Assembly (NCBI RefSeq): GCF_006345805.1
Contig: NC_043005.1
Span: 25,234,001 to 25,298,000 of the forward strand
DNA from: Octopus sinensis
Lineage: Eukaryota
DNA length: 64,000 nucleotides
Direction: 5' to 3'
In this document: positions 25,144 to 37,942 of the stretch, in pieces
How the letters are laid out: each line of letters opens with the position of its first letter
How positions within the stretch are numbered: the stretch's first letter is position 1
The notes under the pieces: model-generated
What the model was told of the DNA's origin: nothing
Seen by the model: only the letters and a program-made list of their open reading frames with translations
Database searches by the model: none
Translations under genes and position numbers: made by a program

Positions 25144-25869
25144 GGTATTTGCTGGTTGAAATAGAAAGAAACGATAGTCATGAGCGGAAAATTCCTTTGA
25201 CCATAAGCTAACAGGCCTCTCTAAAACGGCCGAGGTGGTGATGAACATAAACTAGTGTAATGTTCACGTGTCTTTGTTTCATAACAGTAGGAGAACAAAG
25301 AACGGCGGTTTGGAGAGGAGAAAGAGAGCAAGATATACAGAAATAAATAAAGAAGGAACTAGAAATGAGAAAGCAAATAAAAACAATTCCGAAATATTCC
25401 TTTTGCTCTACTCAAGGAAAAACACGTACGCACCGTTTTAAAGTCTAGGAACCCAACGAAGCTAGTCATTAACTTTTAACATTTACACTGTAAGAAATAT
25501 TATGAAGTATGTCCATTACGGGGGGAGAGAGAGAGGGGAGAAGAGAGAGGGAATCATAAAATATAATGCAATAACAAGTATGGTGAAATGGAAAACCAAT
25601 AATAATGAGCAGAGATATGTTTGTGTGGGTAAAAAGTTTGCACTTTGCTTGAACGTAGATCCGACAAAAAACACTCAACAATGCCGCACCACAGTGGTTA
25701 AAACTACTTAAAAAGAAATATAATATTTTTGCTTTAATGACGAGTGTATCATTAAAGTTAAGTAAGGTGAAATATGCAAATATATTATATCTAACTTACG
25801 AGACTAGAACCTATATCTTCTATAAAAAAACTAGCTATCACTAATGGATTCCACTATCTACGTTAGGGC

Positions 25870-26085
25870 AACATTTCGTGGTAAATCTAACTTTTGGTAT
25901 AATTTTGTTGCTAGTCCTAACTTTGTGCGGTAATTTTAGCTCCAGGCTGTAATTCTAGCTTATTGTGGTAATCTAAAATTTTTATGGTAAACCTAAATTT
26001 AATTTCGGTCATAATTCTGACATAATGTGGTGGCCCTCATTTTGTGTGGTAAACCTAACATTATATTTCCTTTTGGTAATGTTAA
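25870..26085. repeat. Degenerate ~20-bp minisatellite (TT.TGGTAA.CTAA-like units)
   Basis: Recurrent GTGGTAAATCTAAC / TGGTAATCTAA / TGGTAAACCTAA motifs. Confidence 0.55.
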
Positions 26086-26189
26086 TTGACCTTGAACACT
26101 GCTGTGCCTGCGTGCTAAGTTTTAACGTTGTAGCTCACTTCCGCTTGGAAGGAATGTGTATAACGTTTCATGGTCACATTGAACATGAC

Positions 26190-26613
26190 AGAGAAAGTTA
26201 TCATGGCGATACCTGGTCAAAGGCCCACGCAAATTTGCAGAAAGTGTATAGAGAGCAGTGTATGAGCCACACACAAGTGTACAAGTGGTTCAGACGTTTT
26301 CAAGATGGCCGAAAAATGTAGATATTGACGGACGTTCTGGGAGACCGGCAACCAGCAGAACTGAGAAAAATATCGCATATATGCGTGCAGCTGTGAGGGG
26401 AAATAATCGAATCACCATCCGAGAGCTATAAGGGGATGTGCCGATTAGTTGCGGTTCACTTCAGTCCATTATCACTGAAAATTTGTGTATGAGACACGTG
26501 TTTGTCAAGTTTGTGCCCAAACTGCTTCCAGCTGACCAAAAATGCATTCGTATATCAGTTGCACAAGATCGCCTTGATAGTGTCGAGAGCGATGAAAAAA
26601 GTTTGAAAAGTTT
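26190..26613 (+). pseudogene. Mariner transposase, HTH region and WVPHEL-type linker only
   Basis: LQKVYREQCMSHTQVYKWFRRFQDGR / DGRSGRPATSRTEKNI / RITIREL / SIITENLCMRHVFVKFVPKLL. Frameshift and stop; DDD catalytic domain absent. Confidence 0.88.
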
Positions 26614-26616
26614 CAT

Positions 26617-27053
26617 AGGCGCAGGAGTGGCTGTTTGGTAAGTAGATTGTTAACCAACCACATGGTTCCGGGTTCAGTCCCACTGCGTGGCATCTTGGGC
26701 ACGTGTCTTCTGCTATAGCCCCGGGCCGACCAATGCCTTGTGAGTGGATTTGGTAGAGGGAAACTGAAAGAAGCCTGTCGTATATATGTATATATATATA
26801 AGTGTGTGTGAATATGTTTGTGTGTCTGTGTTTGTTCCCCTAGCATTGCTTGACAACCGATGCTGCTGTGTTTACGTCCCCGTAACTTAGCGGTTCGGCA
26901 AAAGAGACCGATAGAATAAGTACTGGGCTTACAAAGAATAAGTCCCGGGGTCAATTTGCTCGACTAAAGGTGGTGCTCCAGCATGGCCGCAGTCAAATGA
27001 CTGAAACAAGTAAAAAGAGTAAAAAGAGTAAAAAGTGTAAAAAAGAGTAAAAG
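26617..27053 (+). mobile_element. SINE family A, full length, young subfamily
   Basis: Same architecture as 16620, with an extended (GTAAAAAGA)n tail. Confidence 0.92.
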
Positions 27054-27395
27054 AGGCCTCTGAGCAGGTATCGCCAAGATTTTAGCAAAATTTTGATTCA
27101 TGTTCTAGTTGTATATGTGTCATGGTCAAGCAACGATCACACGCTACACACCTTCCTTCCAAGCACTGCTGTATACAGCGGAGGTGAACTAGAACGTTCA
27201 AACGTAATGCATATGCAAAGCAGAGTTTAAGGTCAATCTGTGCTAAACGGCTTCACTTTGCGTGTTTTAGCTTCGTTCCTAAGGCAAAAGTCCGGATACT
27301 TATTGATCACACCTTAGATATATGATATAAATGATATATAAATATATGCATATATACATACATATATGTACATATCTACATAGAAAATACATTAT

Positions 27396-27803
27396 AGGCG
27401 CAGGACTGGCTGTGTGGTAAGTAGCTTGCTAACCAACCACATGGTTCCGGGTTCAGTCCCACTGCGTGGCATCTTGGGCAAGTGTCTTCTGCTATAGCCC
27501 CGGGCCGACCAATGCCTTGTGAGTGGATTTGGTAGACGGAAACTGAAAGAAGCCTGTCGTATATATGTATATATATATATGTGTGTGTGTATGTGTCTGT
27601 GTTTGTCCCTCTAGCATTGCTTGACAACCGATGATGGTGTGTTTACGTTCCCGTCACTTAGCGGTTCTGCAAAAGAGACCGATAGAATAAGTACTGGGCT
27701 TACAAAGAATAAGTCCCAGGGTCGATTTGCTCGACTAAAGGCGGTGCTCCAGCATGGCCGCAGTCAAATGACTGAAACAAGTAAAAGAGTAAAAGAGAGT
27801 AAA
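27396..27803 (+). mobile_element. SINE family A, full length, young subfamily
   Basis: Same architecture; shares diagnostic variants with 26617 and 32201. Confidence 0.92.
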
Positions 27804-27831
27804 ATGTATATATATACGTATATTTACATGA

Positions 27832-28112
27832 ATATATGGGTACAGGACATGAAACAAACGTAGAACACAATGAGAAACGAAAACATAAAAACAAAAACAT
27901 AGAAAACGAACTTTTCTTCGAACAACGAAAAAAAAAAAGAAGCAAACAGAGAAACGAGACAATCAACATAAAGCGCATTCCCCTTCATCAGTTGTCCCTA
28001 TTTCATCTACTCCGCGTTTCTCTGTTTTTTCTTTGTTCGGAAAAAGTTCGTTTTTTATGTTTTTGTTTCTAATTGTGTTCAACGTTTTTTTTGATGTCCT
28101 GTACCCATATAT
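27832..28112 (-). mobile_element. Fold-back element, GGGTACAGGAC-terminus family, copy 1
   Basis: Perfect 19-bp terminal inverted repeat ATATATGGGTACAGGACAT (27832-27850 / 28094-28112) and long imperfect arms. Central core on minus strand reads GAAACGCGG...GGACAACTGATGAAGGGG. Confidence 0.8.
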
Positions 28113-28114
28113 GC

Positions 28115-28156
28115 ATGTATATATACATACATACATACATACATACATACATACAT

Positions 28157-28221
<65 letters not shown>

Positions 28222-28263
28222 GGTATGTACATATATGATCGAAGGCCACGCATCTTTTCCAAG

Positions 28264-28295
<32 letters not shown>

Positions 28296-28453
28296 ATATA
28301 ATTGCAGCGACTAGGATGCATAGTTGCATACAGAGCAATGTCTAGTTGCCAGAGTAGAAACATATATTGGTCATTGCTATATAAGCTGAAGAAAAAAAAT
28401 TTAACACAAAAGGTTTTGGATGTGAATAAACCGCTACAGTTCTTATCGTTTTC

Positions 28454-28503
<50 letters not shown>

Positions 28504-28550
28504 TGTGTGTGTGTGTGTGTATGTATGTGTGTGTGTGTTTGTCTGTATAA
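28115..28550. repeat. (TACA)n/(TA)n/(TG)n microsatellites
   Basis: Visible. Confidence 0.95.
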
Positions 28551-29559
28551 GGCAATATAATCACTTCTCAAATTCCGAATTCCTATTGAAATTAGTACAT
28601 GCACAGTTCATGTTACTCAAATCAGCTTTTTGATTTGATTTCCACTTTATTTGGTTGTCGTCACTTCGTTTCTCCTTATAATGCTGACAACACTGACACG
28701 TCATCCATTTCATCCAGATCGCTTTACAGGTATGCAGCTGAAATGTTATGAATGATTCACCTGCTAAGGTTTTCAGCGTAAAATGATATTAGACACAATG
28801 TAAGAGAAATTGATCCTCAGTAGTTTGCTTCGGGAAATGTATGTTGAGCAGTAAAATTAAATAGGAGTAAGCTAATTGTTGGTTATCCTCGGATTGGTGA
28901 CATGTCAACAAATTACGAAGTAAATTGTGCAGTCGTAGAAATAGACTCTTGAGAATCCAGTTGATCGTTTCCTCTCTCTCTCTCGTTGATATCTCAATAT
29001 AATCGCCCATCAGGAATGTATTTTCTATGTTAATTCAGTTGATGTTTAAACTAAATGGCATGATGAAACTCAAACTACACGTACAACGAGAATTCAAAAT
29101 AATCGCATAATCAAAATGATGTGTGCTGATGTCCGAATTGATGGAGTAGACCCGTGATCAAAATAATTCTAACCCTGGCCATCCCATTTTGTTTTTATTT
29201 CGGATATTCTGTATCTTGGACTACGACGTGTTGTTCTCTTTTGTAATTGGGCAGGGTGTGTTTTGAGAGTGATTAGATTCAGTTGCTGTTTCTAGCACGT
29301 CGAAGGAACACAACGAACTCCCTTTGTTGGTTCTAGTATATATAAATTGATGCATGAGAAATGTGATATTTCGCGAGTCAAATGTAAATACCAGCTTGGT
29401 GTCTGTCGCAAATAAGTCCACTAAAAACTGCAAACGAAGGGCTTCAAAGAAACAACCACACTGCATCGTCGGTTGCCCGAATTAACAAGGGACACGTTCG
29501 ACTTTTAGGTAGAAGGGTCTGTTCGACAAATATATTGTTTTCTTCAGCAATATGCCTAC

Positions 29560-30420
29560 AACTTGTTCCGGAAGGCGTGGGGTGGAATGACGAAGGGAGC
29601 GTGTCCCGAGATCCCTAAGTGGGTGCAGGGGAGGACAACCGTTAATGATTGGAATGTCAAGAATTTTACAAGTACAGAGCAAGAACTAGTGGAAGAGGCC
29701 AAACGCTACCGGCTAGATATAGTTGGTGTTTCGTCTTGGAGGTCCTCTGGCTTTGATACCGAAGATTTGGATGGAGGGTGAACTCCACTATTCAGGTGTG
29801 ATACCACTGATGTTCGCAGAGGCCGGAATCGGGATACTCACAAGGCCCCGGATGTCAGATTATGTTATGGACTGAATCTTACTAGGTGGGAGAATTTGCT
29901 TCTTGAAGCTTACACGTAAAGAAAGCCCAATGTGGCTGTTCCATTCAAAAAAGCCAAACTAGCTATCTTCAATTTAGTTTTTGTGCCTATTCTCACTAAT
30001 GGCCATGAATTCTGGGTAATAACCGAGAGAGTAGGATCGCGAATGCAAGCCGCGGAAATGGGTTTTCTCCGAGTAACGTTAGTCGATAGTGTGTGCATCT
30101 CGGAGAAGAAAAAGTCTCTCACGATCGATCCACTACTTCTCAGCATAGAGAGGTCAACAGCTCTGCTACTACAGACATGTGATTACCATATTACAGAAAA
30201 TGAATGGAAGATAGATTCTCCAAGTTGAGCCAACAGACAAGAAACCTACGGGCAAAACTGCAGGATTACGTCTGAGAGTCTGTAGTCTCACTTGGAAATC
30301 CAGCCGGAAAACATAATAGTCGCCGCTTCTATTAGGACCCTTTGAAAGAGGTGCCTGAGAAGATTACACCCACCATCCTACAATGTATAGTTGGCGGAGA
30401 AGGTGGACAAGACGGAACCA
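29560..30420 (+). mobile_element. RTE-clade LINE with large internal deletion
   Basis: APE start WNVKNFTSTEQELVEEAKRYRLDIVGVS...LHYSGV...AGIGIL...GRICFLKL is joined almost directly to post-RT KAKLAIFNLVFVPILTNGHEFWVITERVGSRMQAAEMGFLR...DPLLLSIERSQL. Confidence 0.88.
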
Positions 30421-31261
30421 ATTAGGGATATGTCGTTCAGTGATCATTATATGGAGGCTTCAATAAGGCAACATATGTTCCAGCACTAACAGGTTACCTC
30501 ACCTCCATTTTCTTCCATATGTGCCTTACGCATTGGTTCGTTGGACTTGATTTAAATATTATCCATTTAACCATTCGCCAGTTAAATTAAACAAAGGAAA
30601 AAATAGTTGCGTAATTCATTAAAGGGAAGAAGCTGGCGAAGGCTTAGATCAGTAACAATTAAATCATAGGAAAAGTCATTGTCAAGAACCATAAATTTAA
30701 TTACTGATCGGAGAGAACAAGTTAACGTTTCCGACTCTTGTCCTTTGTCAGAAAGTAAGGAAAGAGATAAAGCTGTGATATCATGTTGGTTTTAGACAAA
30801 TAAATGATAGCAACTCAAACAACGACACTATTTCCTTCTGCATCCTCAGTCTTCTTACAATAGATGGACTCTATATGAAGCATTATTCATTTCAGAAACA
30901 TTGTTTGTTGACCGACAGAGACGTAGACTTCAATAAATATTACAAACACACTTTATTCTACTGTCCCTAAAAGTACGGAGTAGTGGTTAAAAGCAGGAAA
31001 ATACGACGCACAAGTCTCTCAAAGTCTTCCCTTTGATAAAGATTCCAGGAAATGATGAAAGACATAAAGATGTTCTCCGGAAAATCAGTATAAATGGTGG
31101 ATAAATGGTGTTTAAATAGTATTTGTTTACGAGAATTTCACCAATTTATATAATTAATAGAATCTAAAACTCAAAGCCTGCTATTTACAATTAATATTGA
31201 GAACTTTCGAAAATTTGCTTGGATAATAAAGTAATTCATTTTGTAAATTATTTTACATTTC

Positions 31262-31618
31262 ACTCCGTCGGTTACGACGACGAGATTTCCAGATCATCTG
31301 ATCATTGGAAGAGCCTGCTTGTGAAATTAACGTGCAAGTGGTTGAGAACTCCACAGACACGTGTACCCTTAACGTAGTTCTAGAGGAGATTCAGTGTGAC
31401 GCAGAGTGTGACAGGGCTGGCCCTTGGAAATACAGGTACAATAGAAACAGGAAGAAAGAGTGAGAGTAAATTGTTGTTAAAGAGCACAGCAGAATTCGCA
31501 ACCGCCTCCTGCCGGAGACTTGTGAACCTTTACGTGCTTTCGCCCATTAAAACTCACAAAACCGTGATCCTACGACCGCGTGTCCGCTGCCCTAACCACT
31601 GAGCCATTGCAGCTCCAC
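31262..31618 (-). mobile_element. SINE family D
   Basis: Reverse complement of 20434-20816; the B-box segment appears deleted. Confidence 0.85.
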
Positions 31619-31743
31619 TGTAGTTCATATATATTTATATTGTTACATGCTATAAATGAGTATATTTATGCGTGTGTATATACATACATACATACATACA
31701 AACATATATACATACATACATAGATACATACGTACAAACAAGC

Positions 31744-31795
<52 letters not shown>

Positions 31796-32200
31796 ATATA
31801 TATATATATGTATGTATGCTAGTATATATATACATAAATAACAATGCATATATGTATACACACACTGATACTCCCCCCAAATACATATAAACATATAGGT
31901 CAAGTTTGGAGAATTCTTGCCTCTTGAAATTATCTCCCTTACTCAAAAGGAGCTTTTAGCAACTACAATTTAGTAATAGTGATGCCCTCAAGAGGCAGAA
32001 ATAACTTCAATGAATCAGGATTTGGTGTGGTATCTTATTTAACACACTGGTATTTTTCTGTGTTGTTTACATACATACCTGTCGCCACTCTGAATCATTT
32101 CTCTTAGTTTATTTTGATTAAGTTATGAAAATTATATCAGTCATAAATGTGTTCTGCTTAAAGATATATATATATATATATTATATATATATATATATAT

Positions 32201-32620
32201 AGGCGTAGGAGTGGCTGTGTGGTAAGTAGCTTGCTAACCAACCACATGGTTCCGGGTTCAGTCCCACTGCGTGGCATCTTGGGCAAGTGTCTTCTGCTAT
32301 AGCCCCGGGCCGACCAATGCCTTGTGAGTGGATTTGGTAGACGGAAACTGAAAGAAGCCTGTCGTATATATGTATATATATATAAGTGTGTGTGTATATG
32401 TTTGTGTGTCTGTGTTTGTCCCCCTAGCATTGCTTGACAACCGATGCTGGTGTGTTTACGTCCCCGTCACTTAGCGGTTCGGCAAAAGAGACCGATAGAA
32501 TAAGTACTGGGTTTACAAAGAATAAGTCCCGGGGTCGATTTGCTCGACTAAAAGGTGGTGCTCCAGCATGGCCGCAGTCAAATGACTGAAACAAGTAAAA
32601 GAGTAAACGACTAAAGAGTA
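32201..32620 (+). mobile_element. SINE family A, full length, young subfamily
   Basis: Flanked by (TA)n tracts on both sides. Confidence 0.92.
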
Positions 32621-33072
32621 TATATATATATATATATTATATTATATATATATATATATATAAACAACTTATAAACAAAGGCAAAAGGAAAAGATTCTAA
32701 TGCCAAATATGCTGAAAATAGACAAAATGTCAATAACCATATAATTTATCAATATAAACACACGTTTCGAAGCAAGCCGCGGGAAATTTATAAAAAATTC
32801 TGTTATTATAGTATCGGTCCCAATTTCAGAGTTAATTCATAAGAATTTTCTCCTCGTCAGCGATAAATACGTAAGACATAAATGAAATACTTACACATAA
32901 CCATGGAAGAAGCAAGCACTAAGACATGAGCAGACCTAAGTACCCCAAATATATCCAAAATAGATATTTTCCAGCACATCTCGAGAAACGTGTGATTCGA
33001 ACTTAAAGCTCTAACAGAGTGAGAGAGTCCGGAAGTGAACACTATTAAATTTAATAGTAAATTTAATAGATG

Positions 33073-33113
<41 letters not shown>

Positions 33114-33129
33114 AGATATAGAAAGAGCG

Positions 33130-33317
33130 TATCTTGTTGTTAAATGCTCGAAATACGAGAAAAAACAGCCACCAACTGATGAAGGGTCGTTCTTTATGTT
33201 GTTTCTTTTGTTTTCCATTTAGGTCTTTCGTTTTTCGAAAGAATAGTTCATGTTCCATGCACTCGCGCTCGTATTATTTGTTCTACGCGATTTATGACGT
33301 CCTGTGCCCACATATGC
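33130..33317 (+). mobile_element. Fold-back GGGTACAGGAC family, half copy
   Basis: Core GCTCGAAATAC...CAGCCACCAACTGATGAAGGGTC and right terminus GACGTCCTGTGCCCACATATGC; left arm absent. Confidence 0.65.
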
Positions 33318-34169
33318 TTATATATATATATATATATGTATAGATGTATGTACATATACATATGTATATATACCTCCATCATATATATATACATTATTTA
33401 TATTATATTATATTATATTATATATATGTATGTATATATGTATATGAATATATATATATATATGTATATATATCGTGGCTCCAGTAAATAGGTTACGGCA
33501 ATTATCGTGCCGATGAGGCAGAATTACGCGTCCAGTATTGCTTCCTTATCCATAGAGAATAAGGCATTCCTTTTCATGAACGGCATGCCAGCTTGGGAGA
33601 AATACTTGATTTTTGAGATTATCAGCCTTCTTAATATAGAATTGTTCTCAATTGCCAATTAGTGATTGCAACACATTATCGGAAGGCAAACTTTTACTAA
33701 CTCAAAAATTAGGTATGCGCTTGATACAATTATTCTGAGCTGCTTAACTATTTTCTGTAACCGTCATATATATCATTTGTGCAATTGTAGCTATTCTATA
33801 TTATTGTTGCCCATTCATCGAGCATATTATAGTATTACGCCTTAGGGTAGGCGACCTGATTATTTTGTGTCGTGTGTATTATAAATACGTTCTCATATGT
33901 ACATCAATATTATATCTATGTATATACCTACGTACGTATGCATGTATGTATGTATGTATGTATGTATGTATGTATGTATGTATGTATGTATCTATCTATC
34001 TATATTTATGTGTGTGTATGCATACATACACGGACAGATACATATATACATGTATACATTCATACTTTTATATAAACACACACACACACACACACACAGA
34101 CACATATATATATACACACACACACATACATACATACATACATACACACACACATATATATCTTGCTAT

Positions 34170-34389
34170 ATTTTTACTTGTTTGAGTAATTTTGACTGCG
34201 GCCATGCAGGAGCACCACCTTTAGTCTAGCAAATCGACCACAGGATATATTCTTTGTAAGCCTGGTACTCATTCTATTGGTCTTGGTTGCCGAACCGCTA
34301 GGTTACGGGGGCGTATTACACACCAGCTTCGGTTGTCAAGCGATGTTGGCGGAGACGAACACAGGCACACAAACATACTCACACACACA

Positions 34390-34433
<44 letters not shown>

Positions 34434-34543
34434 CATATATACAACGGGATTCTTTCAGTTTCCATCTGTCATATCCACTCACAGGACTGAACCGGGAACC
34501 ATGTGGTTGGGAAGTAAGTTACCACACAACCACTCCTGCCCCT
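34170..34543 (-). mobile_element. SINE family A with internal deletion
   Basis: Reverse-complement match; the CORE-like segment is missing between ccactcaca and ggactgaaccggg. Confidence 0.85.
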
Positions 34544-34563
34544 ATATATATATGCTGAGATTT

Positions 34564-34890
34564 CTTCGGTCACGAATGACCACGGGATTGCATCTAGAAA
34601 GTTACCGTCCGAGGCACAAGTCTGAGCAAGTTTGTTTATGGAAGACCAGCAGTCGCCCATGCATGCCAGCCTCCGTTCTCCACACCACCGATGTTATCCA
34701 AGGGAAAAGCAAAGGCCGATACAACTTGGCACCTGTAACGTCGCAATTCATTTCTACAGCTGAGTGAACTGGGGAAACGTGAAATAAAGTGTCTCGCTCA
34801 AGAACACACCACGCTGCCCAGTCCGGGATTCTAACTCAGAAACTCAAGGTTGTACGTTCGACCCTCTAACCACTGAGCCATGCACCTCCA
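34564..34890 (-). mobile_element. SINE family C
   Basis: Colinear with 7373-7702. Confidence 0.85.
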
Positions 34891-35512
34891 ATTATATATA
34901 TATGCAAAGAAAGAATGGAGGTATAAATGAATGCAAGAAAGAATAAGATCAGTACTTATTACTCTACGACATATTTCCTTGATGATATTCTATCTTTTCC
35001 ATTTATTTCTTATCCAGAATCAAAGCAAGTAAAGAGAAGAATATAATGATAATGCAAGCCTTCATATATTGCCCGCCATTATATTATTTATATTTTCTAG
35101 TTTTTAGTGTGTGTGTTTTTTTACTTAGAATTCAACGTTAATATGTCGGAATAATTTGATATTTTAATTGCCAGATTTACTGAGGATTATCATGCCAATT
35201 TTCTGTAATCTTTATACTATAACAGAGCAGATATAATATTTGGAAATAAAAAGTAAGCCACGCACACGCATATTTAATCAACTCCGCTCAAATACGGGCA
35301 AGTACACACGCATATTTGCACACATGAACACACATGTATGCATATATAATACAGACACGCACATTCTCATACATACATAATACATACATATATACATACA
35401 TACATATACATACATACATATACATACATATATATGTGTGTCTGTGTTTGTACATCAAAATGTATATGTATAAATGTAAATATATATATATATATATGTA
35501 TATATATTCTCA

Positions 35513-35548
<36 letters not shown>

Positions 35549-36122
35549 TGTATGTATGTATGTATGTATGTATGCATGCATGCCTGTAGGTATATATGTA
35601 TGCATGTATGTGCCACGAGGAAATGTAATCAGATTATAAATTGCGCATATACCCGTGACTTCGTTTTCGAATGTTTCCTTTTTCGTCTGAATGTATTCGT
35701 AATTATTAATAAGGCAATTCCTTCTTAAGAGTCTTACAGAAGAATATCTTACGGGAAATAACACACAGAGCTGAAAAGAAAATTTTGTTCCGTTCGGTTT
35801 AATTAACTGAATCAATATAAACTTTAAATCGACATCTACGTATCATACTAAATATATATACACCATTGAAAAGCCTGGTGCTACGGAATTGTCTAAGGTA
35901 ATATTTTAAATTCTCTTTATAGATTTCTGTTAAAAAAACATATTGCTACAACGCCACACGAAACGGACAAACGCATTTCGCCTTTCTTGAGTTTGGTTAA
36001 AGTCATTTTCTCGATTTATTATGATACATAAATGGTGATTTGTTTTAGATAATGATATATTGAATACCATAATCTAAGCTGTATTTGAATTATTTGGATT
36101 TGTATTATGTGAATTTTTTGGA

Positions 36123-36286
36123 CAGGTATGGCTGGGTGCATGTTAGGCTATGTGGTAAAAATTTTGCTTCCCAGCCATGCGATTTCGGGTTCATCACAGC
36201 TGCGTGGTACCTTTGGCAAATGTCTTGTACTATAGTTTCGGGCCGGCCAGAACCTTGTGAGAGGATTTGGTAGACAGGAACTGAAA
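36123..36286 (+). mobile_element. SINE family A, old head (similar heads at 37470-37605 and 49402-49540)
   Basis: tgtggtaa...gggttca...ttggcaaatgtctt.tactatag...ggatttggtagac. Confidence 0.7.
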
Positions 36287-37399
36287 CATATTATTTAATG
36301 AACACAGCATATAATTTTATGATCTACTAATGGTTTCATGTAATTAAAACGACACAGAGAGCGTTTTATAGCACGTCTGGTGCCTTCAGGTTATGCTCAG
36401 ATGACATATGCAAGCAAGAACGGAGTGATAGAATAAGAAATAACAAGAGAAAAGTCAAGAAGGTAGATGTAGCAGGTGGAAGGGTGAGAACACTGGTATA
36501 TAAAAGTCAAAAAGAAAAAAGTAAAAAAGAGGGAAAAAATTAGATTTAGCTACCCTTTGAAAATAAAGCCAAAATAACGCTGACCGGGTGGGGATCTAGA
36601 CTCTGGGATGCAGTCGCGAAATCCGACGAGGGTAGTATTTTCCGATTACCAAAAATTCAGATCTGGAATTAAGCAGTGCGATGGTGTTCTTAAATCTGTA
36701 TTTTACCTATGGCTCAGATGTTTAAACTATTTTCCAATTGATTGTATGTGGTTTGGTGTTAGTTTTCGAACCCTTACGTGGCTAGCCCCGTATGTGGATT
36801 GAATAAGTGCCTGGCTTTAACAAAAATAAATACTAGGACCGATTCGTTACACCAGTCCTTGCCGCCATTTATAGCTAAACAGGCTTGACTATTATCATTG
36901 AAATATATATTATACGATGCTAGTAAGGTGTTGCAAACTGCCAATCCCTTTGTTTTCATGCCATCAACTGCAGCTTTTACATCGAATCCGTCCATTAAAT
37001 CTAAAAAAAGGGAAGAAATGAAAAAAAAAAAAATGTTTTAACCAAATCATTCCAAGATATTTCAATATTATTGCGATATGAAATACTTGAAAATTTCCAA
37101 TAAACACGAATTGCAAGTTTTTGAATATGTTTTTTATTTCAATATTTCATTTATTGTTTCCCTTTGTCTTATTCTTTTAATCATTTTAATGTTGAAATTC
37201 ACGTATTTGTTTCACCATTACAGAACAATTACAATCTCATTAACGTTACAATTTTTTTTGATAGTTTTTGTTGCTTATAATTTCACATAATTTTAATTTC
37301 CTGCTAATTTCTTTCTTTTGCCTAGCAACCCCTTCTTTAACCTTCTTTAGTCCATAGTAAATGAAGAAAACAATTATTTAACATTCCCTGCAAACCACA

Positions 37400-37450
<51 letters not shown>

Positions 37451-37739
37451 TTATTTAAATGTCTTGATAGTGGTGCAGACGTGACTGTGTCAATAAGTAC
37501 ACTTTCTACTGCGTGGTTTCGTTTCCCATCCTACCGTGCAACATCCTAGGGCGTGTATTCTATCACAGGCTCAGACAGAATAAAGCCTTGGTGTGGAAAT
37601 TGGTAGAGTCAGTAGAATACAGGGCAAAATGCCTTGCGGTAATTGTTTCTGGTCGTTATATTCTGACCTCAAATCCTTTTGTCATTATCCTCAATCCCTG
37701 GACATTACATTCTCGAGTCCCACAACTCATAGAACTGGT

Positions 37740-37942
37740 TATTCGGCTTCCATTTCTCATAAGTGATCGATATTCCTCCTGTACGGGGGTGGGTGCTAAT
37801 CCGTGGCAGGGTTACACAGTTACACTTGAGTGGACCGGAGCAATGTGAAATGAAGAGATGTGCCCAACAATACAATGCATCGCAAGGCTTGAAAATCGAA
37901 ATCACGATCTTGCGATTGTGATTGTGAATGCGACATCCTAAA
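37740..37942 (-). mobile_element. SINE family E, degenerate (related copies ~42200-42395 and ~57950-58135)
   Basis: tRNA-like head and GAGCAATGTGAAATGAAG.G..TTGC.CAA region, plus a minus-strand AACCCTGC.A.GGA.TAGC...CC.GT.CAGG motif reminiscent of the V-SINE domain. Confidence 0.55.

Larger units (their letters stand above)
26088..27316 (+). mobile_element. Mariner-family DNA transposon remnant interrupted by a SINE
   Basis: Transposase N-terminus (26190-26613). Mariner-type TIR TCCGGATACTTATTGATCACACCT at ~27290-27314. The segment 27155-27234 is an inverted copy of 26088-26152. Confidence 0.85.

Noticed and set aside
28033-28564. YI/IY-repeat ORFs (also near 15000, 31700, 33900, 35400, 39000, 49500)
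   Set aside because: Translations of (TA)n and (TACA)n tracts.
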